Shown: positions 1 through 9,112 of the stretch, piece after piece
Layout of the letters: every line of letters starts with the position of its first letter
Position numbering within the stretch: position 1 is the stretch's first letter
Assembly: GCA_045544275.1 (NCBI GenBank)
Contig: JAZPYS010000084.1
Span: 1,471-65,470, forward strand
Source of the DNA: Acetatifactor sp.
GTDB lineage: Bacteria; Bacillota; Clostridia; Lachnospirales; Lachnospiraceae
Length of the DNA stretch: 64,000 nucleotides
Reading direction: 5' to 3'
Notes under the pieces: model-generated
Databases searched by the model: none
What the model was told of the DNA's origin: nothing
The model's input: the letters and a program-made list of their open reading frames with translations, nothing else
Program-made: the position numbers and the translations under genes

Positions 1-40
1 TGAAAACACCATTGTAAAATGAGATTGGTAAAAGTGTAAA

Positions 41-79
41 AAAAAGAGTCGGAAATTTTTGAAAATCCGGCTCTTTTTT
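41..79. terminator. Bidirectional intrinsic terminator of the gene upstream of the window
   Basis: AAAAAAGAG-T-CGGA ... TCCG-G-CTCTTTTTT hairpin with A/T tracts on both sides. Confidence 0.7.
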
Positions 80-169
80 GTGTATATTTTTTGGAGAATA
101 TGTGTTATACTTTGTTCAATATAGGTAAAAGTATATGTTTTTTTAGTAATTATTCGGAGGAGAAGAAAA

Positions 170-1675
170 ATGGCGTATTATTTTAGTGAACCGTCACACA
201 CATTTAGTGAGTACTTGTTAGTACCAGGATACTCAGATAGCAGATGTCAACCACAGAATGTAAGTTTGAAAACTCCCTTAGTAAAATTCAAGAAGGGTGA
301 AGAACCTGCCTTATCTTTAAATATACCACTTGTTTCCGCAATCATGCAGTCCGTATCAAACGATACCATGGCAATCGCTCTGGCAAAGGAAGGCGGCGTT
401 TCCTTTATTTATGGTTCTCAGCCAATCGAAAAGCAGGCTGAAATGGTTAGAAAGGTAAAGAATTACAAAGCAGGTTTTGTTACCAGTGATTCTAACCTTG
501 TACCGGAAAATACTTTGGCGGATGTGCTTGCATTAAAGGAGAGAACCGGTCATGACACCATGGCTGTAACTGAAGATGGTTCTGCAAACGGTAAGCTGTT
601 AGGTATCGTAACGGCGAGAGATTATCGTGTTTCCCGTATGTCTCAGGATACTAAAGTGGCAGAGTTTATGACTCCATTTGAGAAGCTTGTTACCGCTAAG
701 GTAGGTGTTTCTTTAAAAGAAGCTAACGATATCATTTGGGATCACAAGCTCAATTCGTTGCCTGTTATTGATGAAGAAGGTAAATTGGATTCTTTCGTAT
801 TTAGAAAGGATTATGAATCTAAAAAGAACAATGTAAATGAACTCCTTGACAGTTCTAAGAGATATGTGGTTGGTGCCGGTATCAATACCAGAGACTATGC
901 AGAACGTGTACCTGCACTGGTAGAGGCTGGTGTTGATGTATTGTGTATTGACTCCAGTGAAGGCTTCAGTGAATGGCAGAAGCTTACCATTGAATGGATC
1001 AGAAAGAACTATGGTGATACCGTTAAGGTAGGTGCCGGCAATGTTGTAGACAGAGACGGCTTCAGATTCCTTGCAGAATGCGGCGCAGACTTTGTGAAGG
1101 TAGGTATCGGTGGCGGTTCTATCTGTATTACCCGTGAGACCAAGGGTATCGGCCGTGGACAGGCTACTGCAACCATCGATGTGGCGAAGGCAAGAGATGA
1201 GTATTTTGAAGAGACCGGTATTTATGTACCGATCTGTAGTGACGGTGGTATTGTTCATGATTATCATATGACTTTAGCTTTGGCTATGGGTAGTGATTTC
1301 ATCATGTTGGGAAGATATTTCTCAAGATTTGATGAATCTCCGACTAATAAAGTGATGATCAATGGTCAGTATATGAAAGAATATTGGGGTGAAGGCAGTG
1401 CCCGTGCAAGAAACTGGCAGCGTTATGACCTTGGCGGAGATGCAAAGCTTCATTTTGAAGAAGGTGTTGATTCTTACGTACCTTACGCAGGTTCCCTGAA
1501 GGATAACGTAGGATTATCTCTTGCAAAGGTAAAATCTACCATGTGTAACTGTGGTGCATTATCCATTCCTGAACTTCAGGAGAAGGCTAAGATCACGTTG
1601 GTGTCTTCTGTAAGTATTGTGGAAGGCGGTGCTCACGACGTAGTATTGAAAGAGAATACAGCTTCCCGCAATTAG
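170..1675 (+). CDS. guaB: IMP dehydrogenase with CBS subdomain
   Basis: Catalytic loop [34 protein letters not shown] motifs; CBS pair in the middle; GGAG RBS. Confidence 0.93.
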   Translation: MAYYFSEPSHTFSEYLLVPGYSDSRCQPQNVSLKTPLVKFKKGEEPALSLNIPLVSAIMQSVSNDTMAIALAKEGGVSFIYGSQPIEKQAEMVRKVKNYKAGFVTSDSNLVPENTLADVLALKERTGHDTMAVTEDGSANGKLLGIVTARDYRVSRMSQDTKVAEFMTPFEKLVTAKVGVSLKEANDIIWDHKLNSLPVIDEEGKLDSFVFRKDYESKKNNVNELLDSSKRYVVGAGINTRDYAERVPALVEAGVDVLCIDSSEGFSEWQKLTIEWIRKNYGDTVKVGAGNVVDRDGFRFLAECGADFVKVGIGGGSICITRETKGIGRGQATATIDVAKARDEYFEETGIYVPICSDGGIVHDYHMTLALAMGSDFIMLGRYFSRFDESPTNKVMINGQYMKEYWGEGSARARNWQRYDLGGDAKLHFEEGVDSYVPYAGSLKDNVGLSLAKVKSTMCNCGALSIPELQEKAKITLVSSVSIVEGGAHDVVLKENTASRN

Positions 1676-1695
1676 TTATCAGTAAATTAAGTATG

Positions 1696-1731
1696 AAGAG
1701 TCTTCTGCGGTATATTCAGAAGACTCTTTTT
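1696..1731 (+). terminator. Intrinsic terminator after guaB
   Basis: Perfect 12-bp stem AAGAGTCTTCTG/CAGAAGACTCTT followed by a T run. Confidence 0.85.
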
Positions 1732-1750
1732 ATATGAAAGGAATGAACAT

Positions 1751-2239
1751 ATGAGAGCAGCGATTATTATGGGATCTACCAGCGACCTGCCAAAGATGGA
1801 GCCGGCAGTTGGTATTTTAAAAGAATATGGTGTAACTGTAGATGTAAGATGCCTTTCCGCACATCGTGCACATGCAGGACTGTCTGCATTTTTAGAAGAG
1901 GCAAATAAAAATGGAACAGAAGTGATCATTGCAGCAGCAGGTATGGCAGCAGCACTTCCGGGGGTAGTGGCCTCCCAGACTGTGCTTCCGGTTATCGGTG
2001 TACCTCTTTCCGGTTCTGTGCTGGATGGTATGGATGCACTCATGTCTATCGTACAGATGCCGCCCGGAATTCCGGTAGCAACTGTGGCGATCAATGGTGG
2101 CAAGAATGCGGCACATTTAGCATTACAGATTATGGCAGTGTCCCGTCCCGAACTTCGGGAAAAACTGTTGGCAGCAAGAGTAAAAATGGAAGAAGACGCA
2201 ATGAAGGCCAACGCAGAAGTCATTGCGAAATTTCAGTAA
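1751..2239 (+). CDS. purE: N5-CAIR mutase (PurE)
   Basis: IIMGSTSD, SAHR, AGMAAALPG, PVIGVP, QMPPGIPVATV motifs. Confidence 0.96.
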   Translation: MRAAIIMGSTSDLPKMEPAVGILKEYGVTVDVRCLSAHRAHAGLSAFLEEANKNGTEVIIAAAGMAAALPGVVASQTVLPVIGVPLSGSVLDGMDALMSIVQMPPGIPVATVAINGGKNAAHLALQIMAVSRPELREKLLAARVKMEEDAMKANAEVIAKFQ

Positions 2240-2286
2240 TGCCTTATAGAAGACGTGTTTATGTAAATCAGGAGGAAAGATAAACT

Positions 2287-3693
2287 ATGGGCGGATTTTT
2301 TGGAGTGGCTTCTAAAAATGACTGTGTATTTGATCTGTTCTTTGGAACAGACTATCATTCACATTTGGGTACCAGAAGAGGTGGTATGGCAGTGTATGGA
2401 GAGAAAGGCTTTGAACGTGCCATCCATAATATTGAAAACTCACCATTCAGAACCAAATTTGACAAGGATGTACAGGAGATGGAAGGCAATCTGGGTATCG
2501 GATGTATTTCTGATTATGAACCGCAGCCTTTGCTGATCCGTTCTCATCATGGTACATATGCCATTGTAACTGTTGGTAAGATTTGCAATATGAGACAGTT
2601 AGAAAAGGATATTTTCGAGCATGGCAAGCCCCATTTTCAGGAGATGAGTACAGGAGAGATCAATGCCACAGAATTGGTGGCGGCATTGATTAACCAGAAA
2701 GACAATCTGATCGAAGGTATCATACATGCGCAGGAAGTTATCGAAGGATCCATGTCGATTCTACTGCTGACCCCGAAGGGAATCTATGCGGCAAGAGACC
2801 GCATGGGCAGGACGCCTTTGGCAATCGGTAAAAAAGAAGATGGTTTCTGCGTAAGTTTTGAAAGCTTTGCTTATTTAAATTTAGGCTATGAAGACTATAA
2901 AGAATTAGGGCCGGGAGAAATAGTGGTGATAACCCCGGAGAATGTACATACACTTTGCCAGCCTGGTAAGGATATGAAGATATGTACCTTTTTGTGGGTA
3001 TATTATGGATATTCACCCAGTGCCTATGAGGGTGTCAGCGTAGAGAAGATGCGTTATAATAATGGTATGAAGATGGCTCAGAGGGATGATGTAAAGGCAG
3101 ATATCGTTGCAGGTGTGCCGGATTCCGGTATTGCTCATGCGATCGGTTATGCAAATGAGTCAGGGATTCCTTATTCCAGACCATTTATCAAGTATACTCC
3201 TACCTGGCCCAGATCATTCATGCCTACCATGCAGAGTAAGCGTAAGATGATCGCAAAGATGAAGCTGATACCGGTGCATGATCTGATCAAGGATAAGAGT
3301 ATGATCCTGATCGACGACTCCATTGTAAGAGGTACCCAGCTTCGTGAGACAACCGAATTTTTGTATCAGAGCGGTGCGAAGGAGGTTCATATCAGACCGG
3401 CATGTCCGCCGATTATGTATGGATGTAAGTATCTGAACTTTTCCAGATCCAATTCGGATATGGATCTGATTGCCAGAAGAATGATTGCTAAATTAGAAGG
3501 GGAGAATGTATCTGAAGAGGTACTTGCTGAATATGCTGATCCTGACAGTGAGAGATATGCAATCATGGTAGAAGAGATCCGCAAGGAAATGAAGTTTTCT
3601 TCCTTAAAGTTCAATCGACTGGATGATATGTTGGACGCTGTGGGGATCGATCATTGTAAACTCTGTACATACTGTTGGAACGGTAAGGAATAG
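2287..3693 (+). CDS. purF: Amidophosphoribosyltransferase family protein (variant lacking Cys1)
   Basis: PRTase motif IDDSIVRGT, GVPDSG, ARDRMGRTPL, C-terminal Fe-S cysteines (CTYCWNG); N-terminus reads MGGFFG. Confidence 0.88.
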   Translation: MGGFFGVASKNDCVFDLFFGTDYHSHLGTRRGGMAVYGEKGFERAIHNIENSPFRTKFDKDVQEMEGNLGIGCISDYEPQPLLIRSHHGTYAIVTVGKICNMRQLEKDIFEHGKPHFQEMSTGEINATELVAALINQKDNLIEGIIHAQEVIEGSMSILLLTPKGIYAARDRMGRTPLAIGKKEDGFCVSFESFAYLNLGYEDYKELGPGEIVVITPENVHTLCQPGKDMKICTFLWVYYGYSPSAYEGVSVEKMRYNNGMKMAQRDDVKADIVAGVPDSGIAHAIGYANESGIPYSRPFIKYTPTWPRSFMPTMQSKRKMIAKMKLIPVHDLIKDKSMILIDDSIVRGTQLRETTEFLYQSGAKEVHIRPACPPIMYGCKYLNFSRSNSDMDLIARRMIAKLEGENVSEEVLAEYADPDSERYAIMVEEIRKEMKFSSLKFNRLDDMLDAVGIDHCKLCTYCWNGKE

Positions 3694-3695
3694 AA

Positions 3696-4355
3696 ATGAC
3701 GCTATCATTTATAATGATTATGGATATCATAGGAACCATTGCATTTGCTATTTCCGGTGCAATGGTGGCAATTCATAAACAGATGGATATCTTTGGTGTA
3801 AATATTTTGGCGATTACGACAGCTACCGGTGGTGGTGTGATCAGAGATTTGATCATCGGGCAGAATCCGCCGGTCATGTTCAGCAATCCTACGTATGTGT
3901 TTGTTGCGATAGTGACTGCCAATGTGGTCTTTTTAGTGGTGTATTTCAGCCGGAAATACTCTAAAAAGGAAGAGCATATGCTGGCGTTTTATGAGATCGT
4001 GTTGTTTTGGTGTGATACGCTTGGCCTGGCAGCGTTTTCGGTAGATGGTGTGAATGCAGGTGTGAGTGCCGGTTATGAAAGGAATTTATTTTTACTCGTA
4101 TTTTTAGGGGTGGTTACCGGTGTAGGCGGCGGTGTAATCAGGGACATGATGGCAAATGAAATGCCTTATATATTTGTAAAACACATCTATGCTTCTGCCT
4201 CTTTGATAGGAGCACTACTGGCGGCAGTTCTGTGGTCCACTGCAGGACAAAATGGTTCCATGTTGTGTGGGTTTGTAGTTGTACTTGTAATCAGGGCTTT
4301 AGCGAGACATTATAAGTGGAATTTGCCGAAGCTGCCTGACAGGATGGAGGAGTAA
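3696..4355 (+). CDS. Trimeric intracellular cation channel / YadS (UPF0126) membrane protein
   Basis: Duplicated GGGVIRD motif, GTIAFAISGA and DTLGLAAF segments, ~7 hydrophobic helices. Confidence 0.85.
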   Translation: MTLSFIMIMDIIGTIAFAISGAMVAIHKQMDIFGVNILAITTATGGGVIRDLIIGQNPPVMFSNPTYVFVAIVTANVVFLVVYFSRKYSKKEEHMLAFYEIVLFWCDTLGLAAFSVDGVNAGVSAGYERNLFLLVFLGVVTGVGGGVIRDMMANEMPYIFVKHIYASASLIGALLAAVLWSTAGQNGSMLCGFVVVLVIRALARHYKWNLPKLPDRMEE

Positions 4356-4357
4356 TT

Positions 4358-4978
4358 ATGCGTGGCTATATATGCAGTATGACTGCATACAGGCAAAATA
4401 GCCGAAATATAAAACTGCGTATGGCGGTTCCCGCAGATGCAGAAACGCTATTGGATATCTATGCACCATATGTAATGGAAACTGCGGTTTCATTTGAGTA
4501 TGATGTGCCAACGGTCGATGAATTTCGAAAAAGAATTGAAACAATATTGAAAAAATATCCTTATTTAGTGGCAGAAGTGGATGGTGAAGTCTGTGGGTAT
4601 GCCTATGCTTCCAGGTTTCATGTCAGAGCAGCGTGTGAGTGGTGCGCAGAGTCATCTATATATGTGAAGAAAGGATATGCCGGAATTGGAATCGGACGCA
4701 GGCTCTATGAAGCGTTGGAAGAGATATTGAAAAGGCAGCATATCATCAATCTGAATGCCTGTATTGCAGTAACGGACGAAGCAGATGCATATTTAGATGA
4801 TAACAGCAGAGAGTTTCATGAACATATGGGATATCGGTATGTGGGAACTTTTCAACAGTGTGGATATAAATTCGGCAAATGGTACAATTTGATTTGGATG
4901 GAGAAAGTGTTGGGGGAGCATCCGGCGGTGCCGGAGAAGATATTGACCTGGCAGGAAGCCTGTAAAACAGATGTATAG
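4358..4978 (+). CDS. GNAT N-acetyltransferase, phosphinothricin acetyltransferase-like
   Basis: IYAPYV..TAVSFE, GYAYA, ESSIYV, GxGxG acetyl-CoA loop, GYKFGKW. Confidence 0.85.
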   Translation: MRGYICSMTAYRQNSRNIKLRMAVPADAETLLDIYAPYVMETAVSFEYDVPTVDEFRKRIETILKKYPYLVAEVDGEVCGYAYASRFHVRAACEWCAESSIYVKKGYAGIGIGRRLYEALEEILKRQHIINLNACIAVTDEADAYLDDNSREFHEHMGYRYVGTFQQCGYKFGKWYNLIWMEKVLGEHPAVPEKILTWQEACKTDV

Positions 4979-5006
4979 AGTTGAGATGAGCAGGAGTGAT
5001 AATAGA

Positions 5007-5477
5007 ATGATAGGTTTAATCGTAGCATATTCTAAAAATCGGGTGATTGGTAAGGATGGACAGATTCCATGGAGGATCAAGGGAGAGCAGAAGCGCTTTC
5101 GTGAGTTGACCACCGGGAATGTAGTGATCATGGGCAGACGCTCTTATGAGGAAATCGGACGTCCCTTGCCAAACCGTTATACCATCGTAGTATCCAATAC
5201 ACAGAAATTTGAAGCAGAGAATTGTACAACAGTGGGTTCTTTAAGAGAAGCTTTGGAAGTTGCGGATAAGAGTAAGAATATTTATATCTCAGGCGGAGCA
5301 GGCCTTTATAAGGAGGCTATCAACCTTGTGGATAAAATGTTCATTACAGAGATAGATGCAATCGTAGAAGGGGATACTTACTTCCCGGAATTTGATGCGG
5401 ATGATTTTATTCGAGAGATAGATGAGCATATAGATGGAGACATGCCTTATGATTATGTGACATATACACGTAAATAA
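5007..5477 (+). CDS. folA: Dihydrofolate reductase
   Basis: LIVA..NRVIG.DGQIPW, VIMGRRSY, RPLPNR, GGAGLY, GDTYFP; start moved to ATG 5007 behind AGGAG. Confidence 0.95.
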   Translation: MIGLIVAYSKNRVIGKDGQIPWRIKGEQKRFRELTTGNVVIMGRRSYEEIGRPLPNRYTIVVSNTQKFEAENCTTVGSLREALEVADKSKNIYISGGAGLYKEAINLVDKMFITEIDAIVEGDTYFPEFDADDFIREIDEHIDGDMPYDYVTYTRK

Positions 5478-5488
5478 AAAGAACAATA

Positions 5489-5536
5489 AAAATACAGCGG
5501 ATTCAGATCTTTCATAATTTGAATCCGCTGTATTTT
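5489..5536. terminator. Bidirectional terminator between folA and degV
   Basis: Perfect 17-bp inverted repeat AAAATACAGCGGATTCA/TGAATCCGCTGTATTTT between convergent genes. Confidence 0.9.
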
Positions 5537-5543
5537 GGGGATA

Positions 5544-6380
5544 TTATTTCTCCACATAAATGATTCCGAATGTACCTGTACCTAAGTGGGCACCGATGGT
5601 AGAACCAATCTGGCATCGTTCGTCTATGGTATAGCCTAAGCTTATTAATTTTTCTTCCATTTTCTCGCAGTTTTCAGTACCTACACTATAGATGCTGTAC
5701 ATGGGGAAGAGGGTATCGATCATATGATCCTGAGCATATTTGGTAATGAATTGGATTGCTTTGTTGCGCCCGATACATTTACCGATTACAGTGAGGGTGC
5801 CGTCCTGCTTTAAGGTGAGCATTGGCTTTAGATTTGCCAATTCACCGATAGTGGCACTGGCTTTACTGAGACGCCCCCCCTTGTACAGATATTCCAGGGT
5901 GTCCACACCGGCCACAACACGGATACGGGGTTTCAGTGCTTCCATCCGAGCAACAATTTCTGCAGCAGAAAGACCATTTTCCTGAAGATTCAGACCATAA
6001 TCTACTAACAGACGTATGATATGGGTGGCTGCAAGAGAATCAATAATATGGACATTTTCATAGTCAACCATTGTTTTGGCTAAATGAGCACTCTGGCAGG
6101 TGCCGCTCAAAGCAGAGGAAAGCAGAACGCAGATCAGTTCATCTCCATTTTCCTTGGCTTCTAAAAATTTTTCTAAAAAGGCCTGAGGAGATGGCTGTGA
6201 GGTCTGAGGGAAATTGTTGCTGCTTAAGAGCAATTCATAAAATTGGCTTCGTTCTAATTCCTGCACATCTAAATAGGTGGCATTATCTAAAGTTATCGCA
6301 ATTGGAACAAGAGATAAATTCTTTTCTTTTATTTCTTCCAGCGTATAATCGGAAGAAGAGTCTACTAAAAATCTGATCAT
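5544..6380 (-). CDS. DegV/FakB family fatty-acid-binding protein
   Basis: VDSSSD, TSQPSP, LSSALSGT, LYKGGRLS, NLKP, IGAHLG motifs. Confidence 0.93.
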   Translation of the reverse strand: MIRFLVDSSSDYTLEEIKEKNLSLVPIAITLDNATYLDVQELERSQFYELLLSSNNFPQTSQPSPQAFLEKFLEAKENGDELICVLLSSALSGTCQSAHLAKTMVDYENVHIIDSLAATHIIRLLVDYGLNLQENGLSAAEIVARMEALKPRIRVVAGVDTLEYLYKGGRLSKASATIGELANLKPMLTLKQDGTLTVIGKCIGRNKAIQFITKYAQDHMIDTLFPMYSIYSVGTENCEKMEEKLISLGYTIDERCQIGSTIGAHLGTGTFGIIYVEK

Positions 6381-6412
6381 AGTAAAAGATTTCCTTTCCT
6401 GGGTGTATTGTG

Positions 6413-6877
6413 CTAATACAAAATTCCATCGGCAATATCAGCTATTTTGTTGAAAAGAGAGATTGTCTGGGCTGTTTCCTGGGGCTCCAGTTTACTTATA
6501 ATGTGGTCGATTAATGACAAAATATCCTCGTGCTGCTTTTCATATTGGTCAGCATGTTCCATATTGAAGGTGAGCTGTACTTGACGTTTGTCAGCAGCAG
6601 AACGATGTCGTAAAATCATTCCTTTTTCTTCCAGTTGATTCAAGGTGCGATTCATCTGGGATTTGAGCATTTTTGTGATTTGGCAAAGCTCTGTAGCAGT
6701 CAGGATTTTTCCTGCTTTGGAATGGGAGTAAAGTATTCCGCAGACAAGAGATTCATTGTATGACATCTCGGACACGATTCTGGAGTTAATGACAGACGTG
6801 GAGAGTCTCAGCCAGGCCTTCAACAGTGCTTCGTTTTCCGGGAGTGTATTGATCTGTGTTTCAGTTATCTGCGACAT
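6413..6877 (-). CDS. MarR family transcriptional regulator
   Basis: wHTH with KSQMNRTLNQLEEKG and DKRQ wing motif; 154 aa. Confidence 0.85.
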   Translation of the reverse strand: MSQITETQINTLPENEALLKAWLRLSTSVINSRIVSEMSYNESLVCGILYSHSKAGKILTATELCQITKMLKSQMNRTLNQLEEKGMILRHRSAADKRQVQLTFNMEHADQYEKQHEDILSLIDHIISKLEPQETAQTISLFNKIADIADGILY

Positions 6878-6906
6878 GGTAGTACTCCTTTCTCGAAAAA
6901 AAGTTC

Positions 6907-6958
6907 ACAATGTAAACAATTCACATTGTATACTACCACATTAGGTGGTGATTGTCAA
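6907..6958 (-). promoter_or_regulatory. Sigma-A promoter of marR-degV with adjacent palindromic operator
   Basis: Minus strand TTGACA-N17-TAGTAT; inverted repeat ACAATGT-N9-ACATTGT (6907-6929) just downstream of the -10. Confidence 0.65.
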
Positions 6959-6962
6959 TAAT

Positions 6963-7001
6963 AAAAAGAAGGGAAGTTTTCCGTTCGGAAGACTTCCCTT
7001 T
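6963..7001 (-). terminator. Intrinsic terminator downstream of the 128-aa gene
   Basis: AAGGGAAGTTTTCC-gttc-GGAAGACTTCCCTT hairpin with T run on the minus strand. Confidence 0.8.
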
Positions 7002-7031
7002 CAATAAATAGACTTTACACATTGTTCTTAT

Positions 7032-7418
7032 TTAGGAAATTTTTTGAAGCTTTTGACTGTGCTCAGTCACAACAGTCTTCAGGATAGTAACATCCTCTTG
7101 TATGGCTTCGATTTGTGTGACACCGCTTTTGTAGCGGTTGTAGGTAGATGTATAACAACTTTCGATATTCTGCAGACGTGGAATGAGCTGAGTTTCAAGT
7201 TGAAGCTCCAGCCTTCGTGTGCGTGTGTCTAAGGTGTCAATTTTGTCTTCCAGAGAGATCACCTTGGTTTCCAGAGAAGCCATTCTGTTCTCCAGAGAGA
7301 TCACTTTGGTTTCCAGAGAAGCTACTCTGTCCTTCAATTCAGAAATATCTTCTTTGATAGGTTGTAGTTTTTTGTCAAATAAATTGGATAAAGCTAATAG
7401 TAATTCATTATCTGTCAT
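7032..7418 (-). CDS. Small coiled-coil hypothetical protein with internal 14-aa repeat
   Basis: 128 aa, heptad pattern (SLETKVISLE twice); minus-strand promoter TTTACA-N17-TAAAAT upstream and terminator downstream. Confidence 0.8.
   Translation of the reverse strand: MTDNELLLALSNLFDKKLQPIKEDISELKDRVASLETKVISLENRMASLETKVISLEDKIDTLDTRTRRLELQLETQLIPRLQNIESCYTSTYNRYKSGVTQIEAIQEDVTILKTVVTEHSQKLQKIS
7249..7332. repeat. 42-bp tandem repeat x2 inside the coiled-coil gene
   Basis: tccagagagatcac(c/t)ttggtttccagagaagc.a.tctgt.c at 7249-7290 and 7291-7332. Confidence 0.9.
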
Positions 7419-7632
7419 GTATGATACCTCGCTAGTAAATAAATTTTATCATAGTTATAAAAGTGTGTAAAGTCTATTTAATTGCAAAATTCAAATTCTC
7501 AATAAGCAAATTCTAATAAGGAACTGTCACAGAAAAACAGAACATAAAGAAAATGGATATAGAATTTTTAGAAGGTCTGCGGCAGAGATCCTGCCGCAGC
7601 TTTTAGAATATTAAAAAAATTATGTCATAAAA

Positions 7633-8910
7633 TTACTTGCAAGCTTCCAGTGCCTGTGCAAGGTCATTAATGATATCATTTACATTTTCGATACCAACAG
7701 ACAAACGAACCAGATCAGGGCTTACGCCGGCAGCCATCAGTTCAGCGTCATTCATCTGGCGATGGGTAGCAGAAGCAGGATGAAGTACACAGGTATGAGC
7801 ATCTGCAACGTGAGTAGCGATCATAGCGATCTTTAAGCCGGCCATAAATTTCTCGGCTGCTTTGCGTCCGCCCTTTACGCCGAAGGAAACTACGCCGCAG
7901 GTACCGTTTGGCATATATTTCTGAGCAAGCTCATAGTATTTGTTTCCGGGAAGTCCGGGATAATTTACCCATTCCACGCATTCATGTGCCTGCAAAAATT
8001 CTGCAACCTTCTGAGCATTCTCGCAGTGGCGAGGCATACGAACATGAAGAGATTCAATACCCAAGTTCAGCAGATACGCGTTCATAGGAGCCTGGATAGA
8101 ACCCAGATCTCTCATAAGCTGAGCGGTTGCTTTGGTAATAAAAGCACCTTCCAGACCGAACTTCTCAGCGTAAGTTACACCGTGATAAGAATCATCGGGA
8201 GTGGTCAGTCCCGGGAACTTGTCTGCGTGTGCGAACCAGTCGAATTTACCGCTGTCAACGATACAGCCGCCTACGGTAGCATCGTGACCATCCAAATACT
8301 TTGTCGTAGAGTGTGTAACGATGTCAGCACCCCACTCAATGGGACGACAGTTGATGGGGGTTGCAAAAGTATTGTCAACGATCAAGGGAACACCATGAGC
8401 GTGAGCGGCTTTGGCAAATCTTTCGATGTCAAATACGATCAATGCAGGGTTCGCAATGGTCTCGCCGAATACTGCCTTGGTGTTGGGCTGGAATGCTGCT
8501 TCTAATTCTTCATCGGAGCAGTCGGGGTCAACAAATGTAAATTCGATGCCCATGCGTTTCATAGTCACTGCAAACAGGTTGTATGTACCGCCGTAAATGG
8601 TAGAAGAAGATACTACGTGATCTCCGGCACTGCAAATGTTAAATACGGAATAAAAGCTTGCAGCCTGTCCGGATGAGGTGAGCATTGCTGCGCTGCCGCC
8701 TTCCAATGCACAGATCTTTGCTGCAACATAGTCGTTAGTAGGATTCTGAAGTCTGGTGTAGAAATAGCCGCTTGCTTCAAGATCGAAGAGCTTGCCCATT
8801 TCCTCACTGGAATCATATTTAAAAGTTGTACTTTGAACAATAGGAATCATGCGGGATTCACCGTTTTTCGGTACATATCCGGCCTGAATACATTTCGTTT
8901 CTCTTTCCAT
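7633..8910 (-). CDS. metY: O-acetylhomoserine aminocarboxypropyltransferase / cysteine synthase family
   Basis: YTRLQNPT, SSGQAA, ETIANP, DNTFATP, PLP lysine in HSTTKYLDGH, HPASATHRQ, RLSVGIE. Confidence 0.9.
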   Translation of the reverse strand: MERETKCIQAGYVPKNGESRMIPIVQSTTFKYDSSEEMGKLFDLEASGYFYTRLQNPTNDYVAAKICALEGGSAAMLTSSGQAASFYSVFNICSAGDHVVSSSTIYGGTYNLFAVTMKRMGIEFTFVDPDCSDEELEAAFQPNTKAVFGETIANPALIVFDIERFAKAAHAHGVPLIVDNTFATPINCRPIEWGADIVTHSTTKYLDGHDATVGGCIVDSGKFDWFAHADKFPGLTTPDDSYHGVTYAEKFGLEGAFITKATAQLMRDLGSIQAPMNAYLLNLGIESLHVRMPRHCENAQKVAEFLQAHECVEWVNYPGLPGNKYYELAQKYMPNGTCGVVSFGVKGGRKAAEKFMAGLKIAMIATHVADAHTCVLHPASATHRQMNDAELMAAGVSPDLVRLSVGIENVNDIINDLAQALEACK

Positions 8911-8996
8911 AATGTGTCTCCTTTATGTGTGTATTATATTCCAAACCCGTGATGTCGCACTTACTGTCTGCGTCGCAGACGGTTTGCATACTTCAT

Positions 8997-9024
8997 ATTT
9001 TACCATATCTGAGCAATTCTTCAA
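8997..9024 (-). promoter_or_regulatory. Putative metY promoter
   Basis: Minus strand TTGAAG-N16-TAAAAT with TG extended -10. Confidence 0.55.
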
Positions 9025-9083
9025 CTGTTTTATTTGGAGAAAAAACTCTCTTTTCTGAATTGTGTGTTTGATATATAAACACA

Positions 9084-9112
9084 TTGACAAAAACGGACAT
9101 TTACGGTCTAAT
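9084..9112 (+). promoter_or_regulatory. Putative sigma-A promoter at the head of the 52-bp array
   Basis: TTGACA(9084)-N17-TCTAAT(9107). Confidence 0.55.

Larger units (their letters stand above)
7005..7480. repeat. Segment bounded by a perfect 17-bp inverted repeat
   Basis: TAAATAGACTTTACACA at 7005-7021 and its exact reverse complement TGTGTAAAGTCTATTTA at 7464-7480. Confidence 0.9.

Noticed and set aside
7012-7040. Chromosomal dif site
   Set aside because: The XerD-like arm and TAGGAA match only with a 7-bp spacer, the second arm overlaps the gene's last codons, and the sister sites lack a XerC arm. Kept only as a resemblance.
8911-9060. SAM-I riboswitch or T-box upstream of metY
   Set aside because: No SAM-I core (AUC..GAG...GAU, kink-turn) and no T-box antiterminator UGGNACC could be found.
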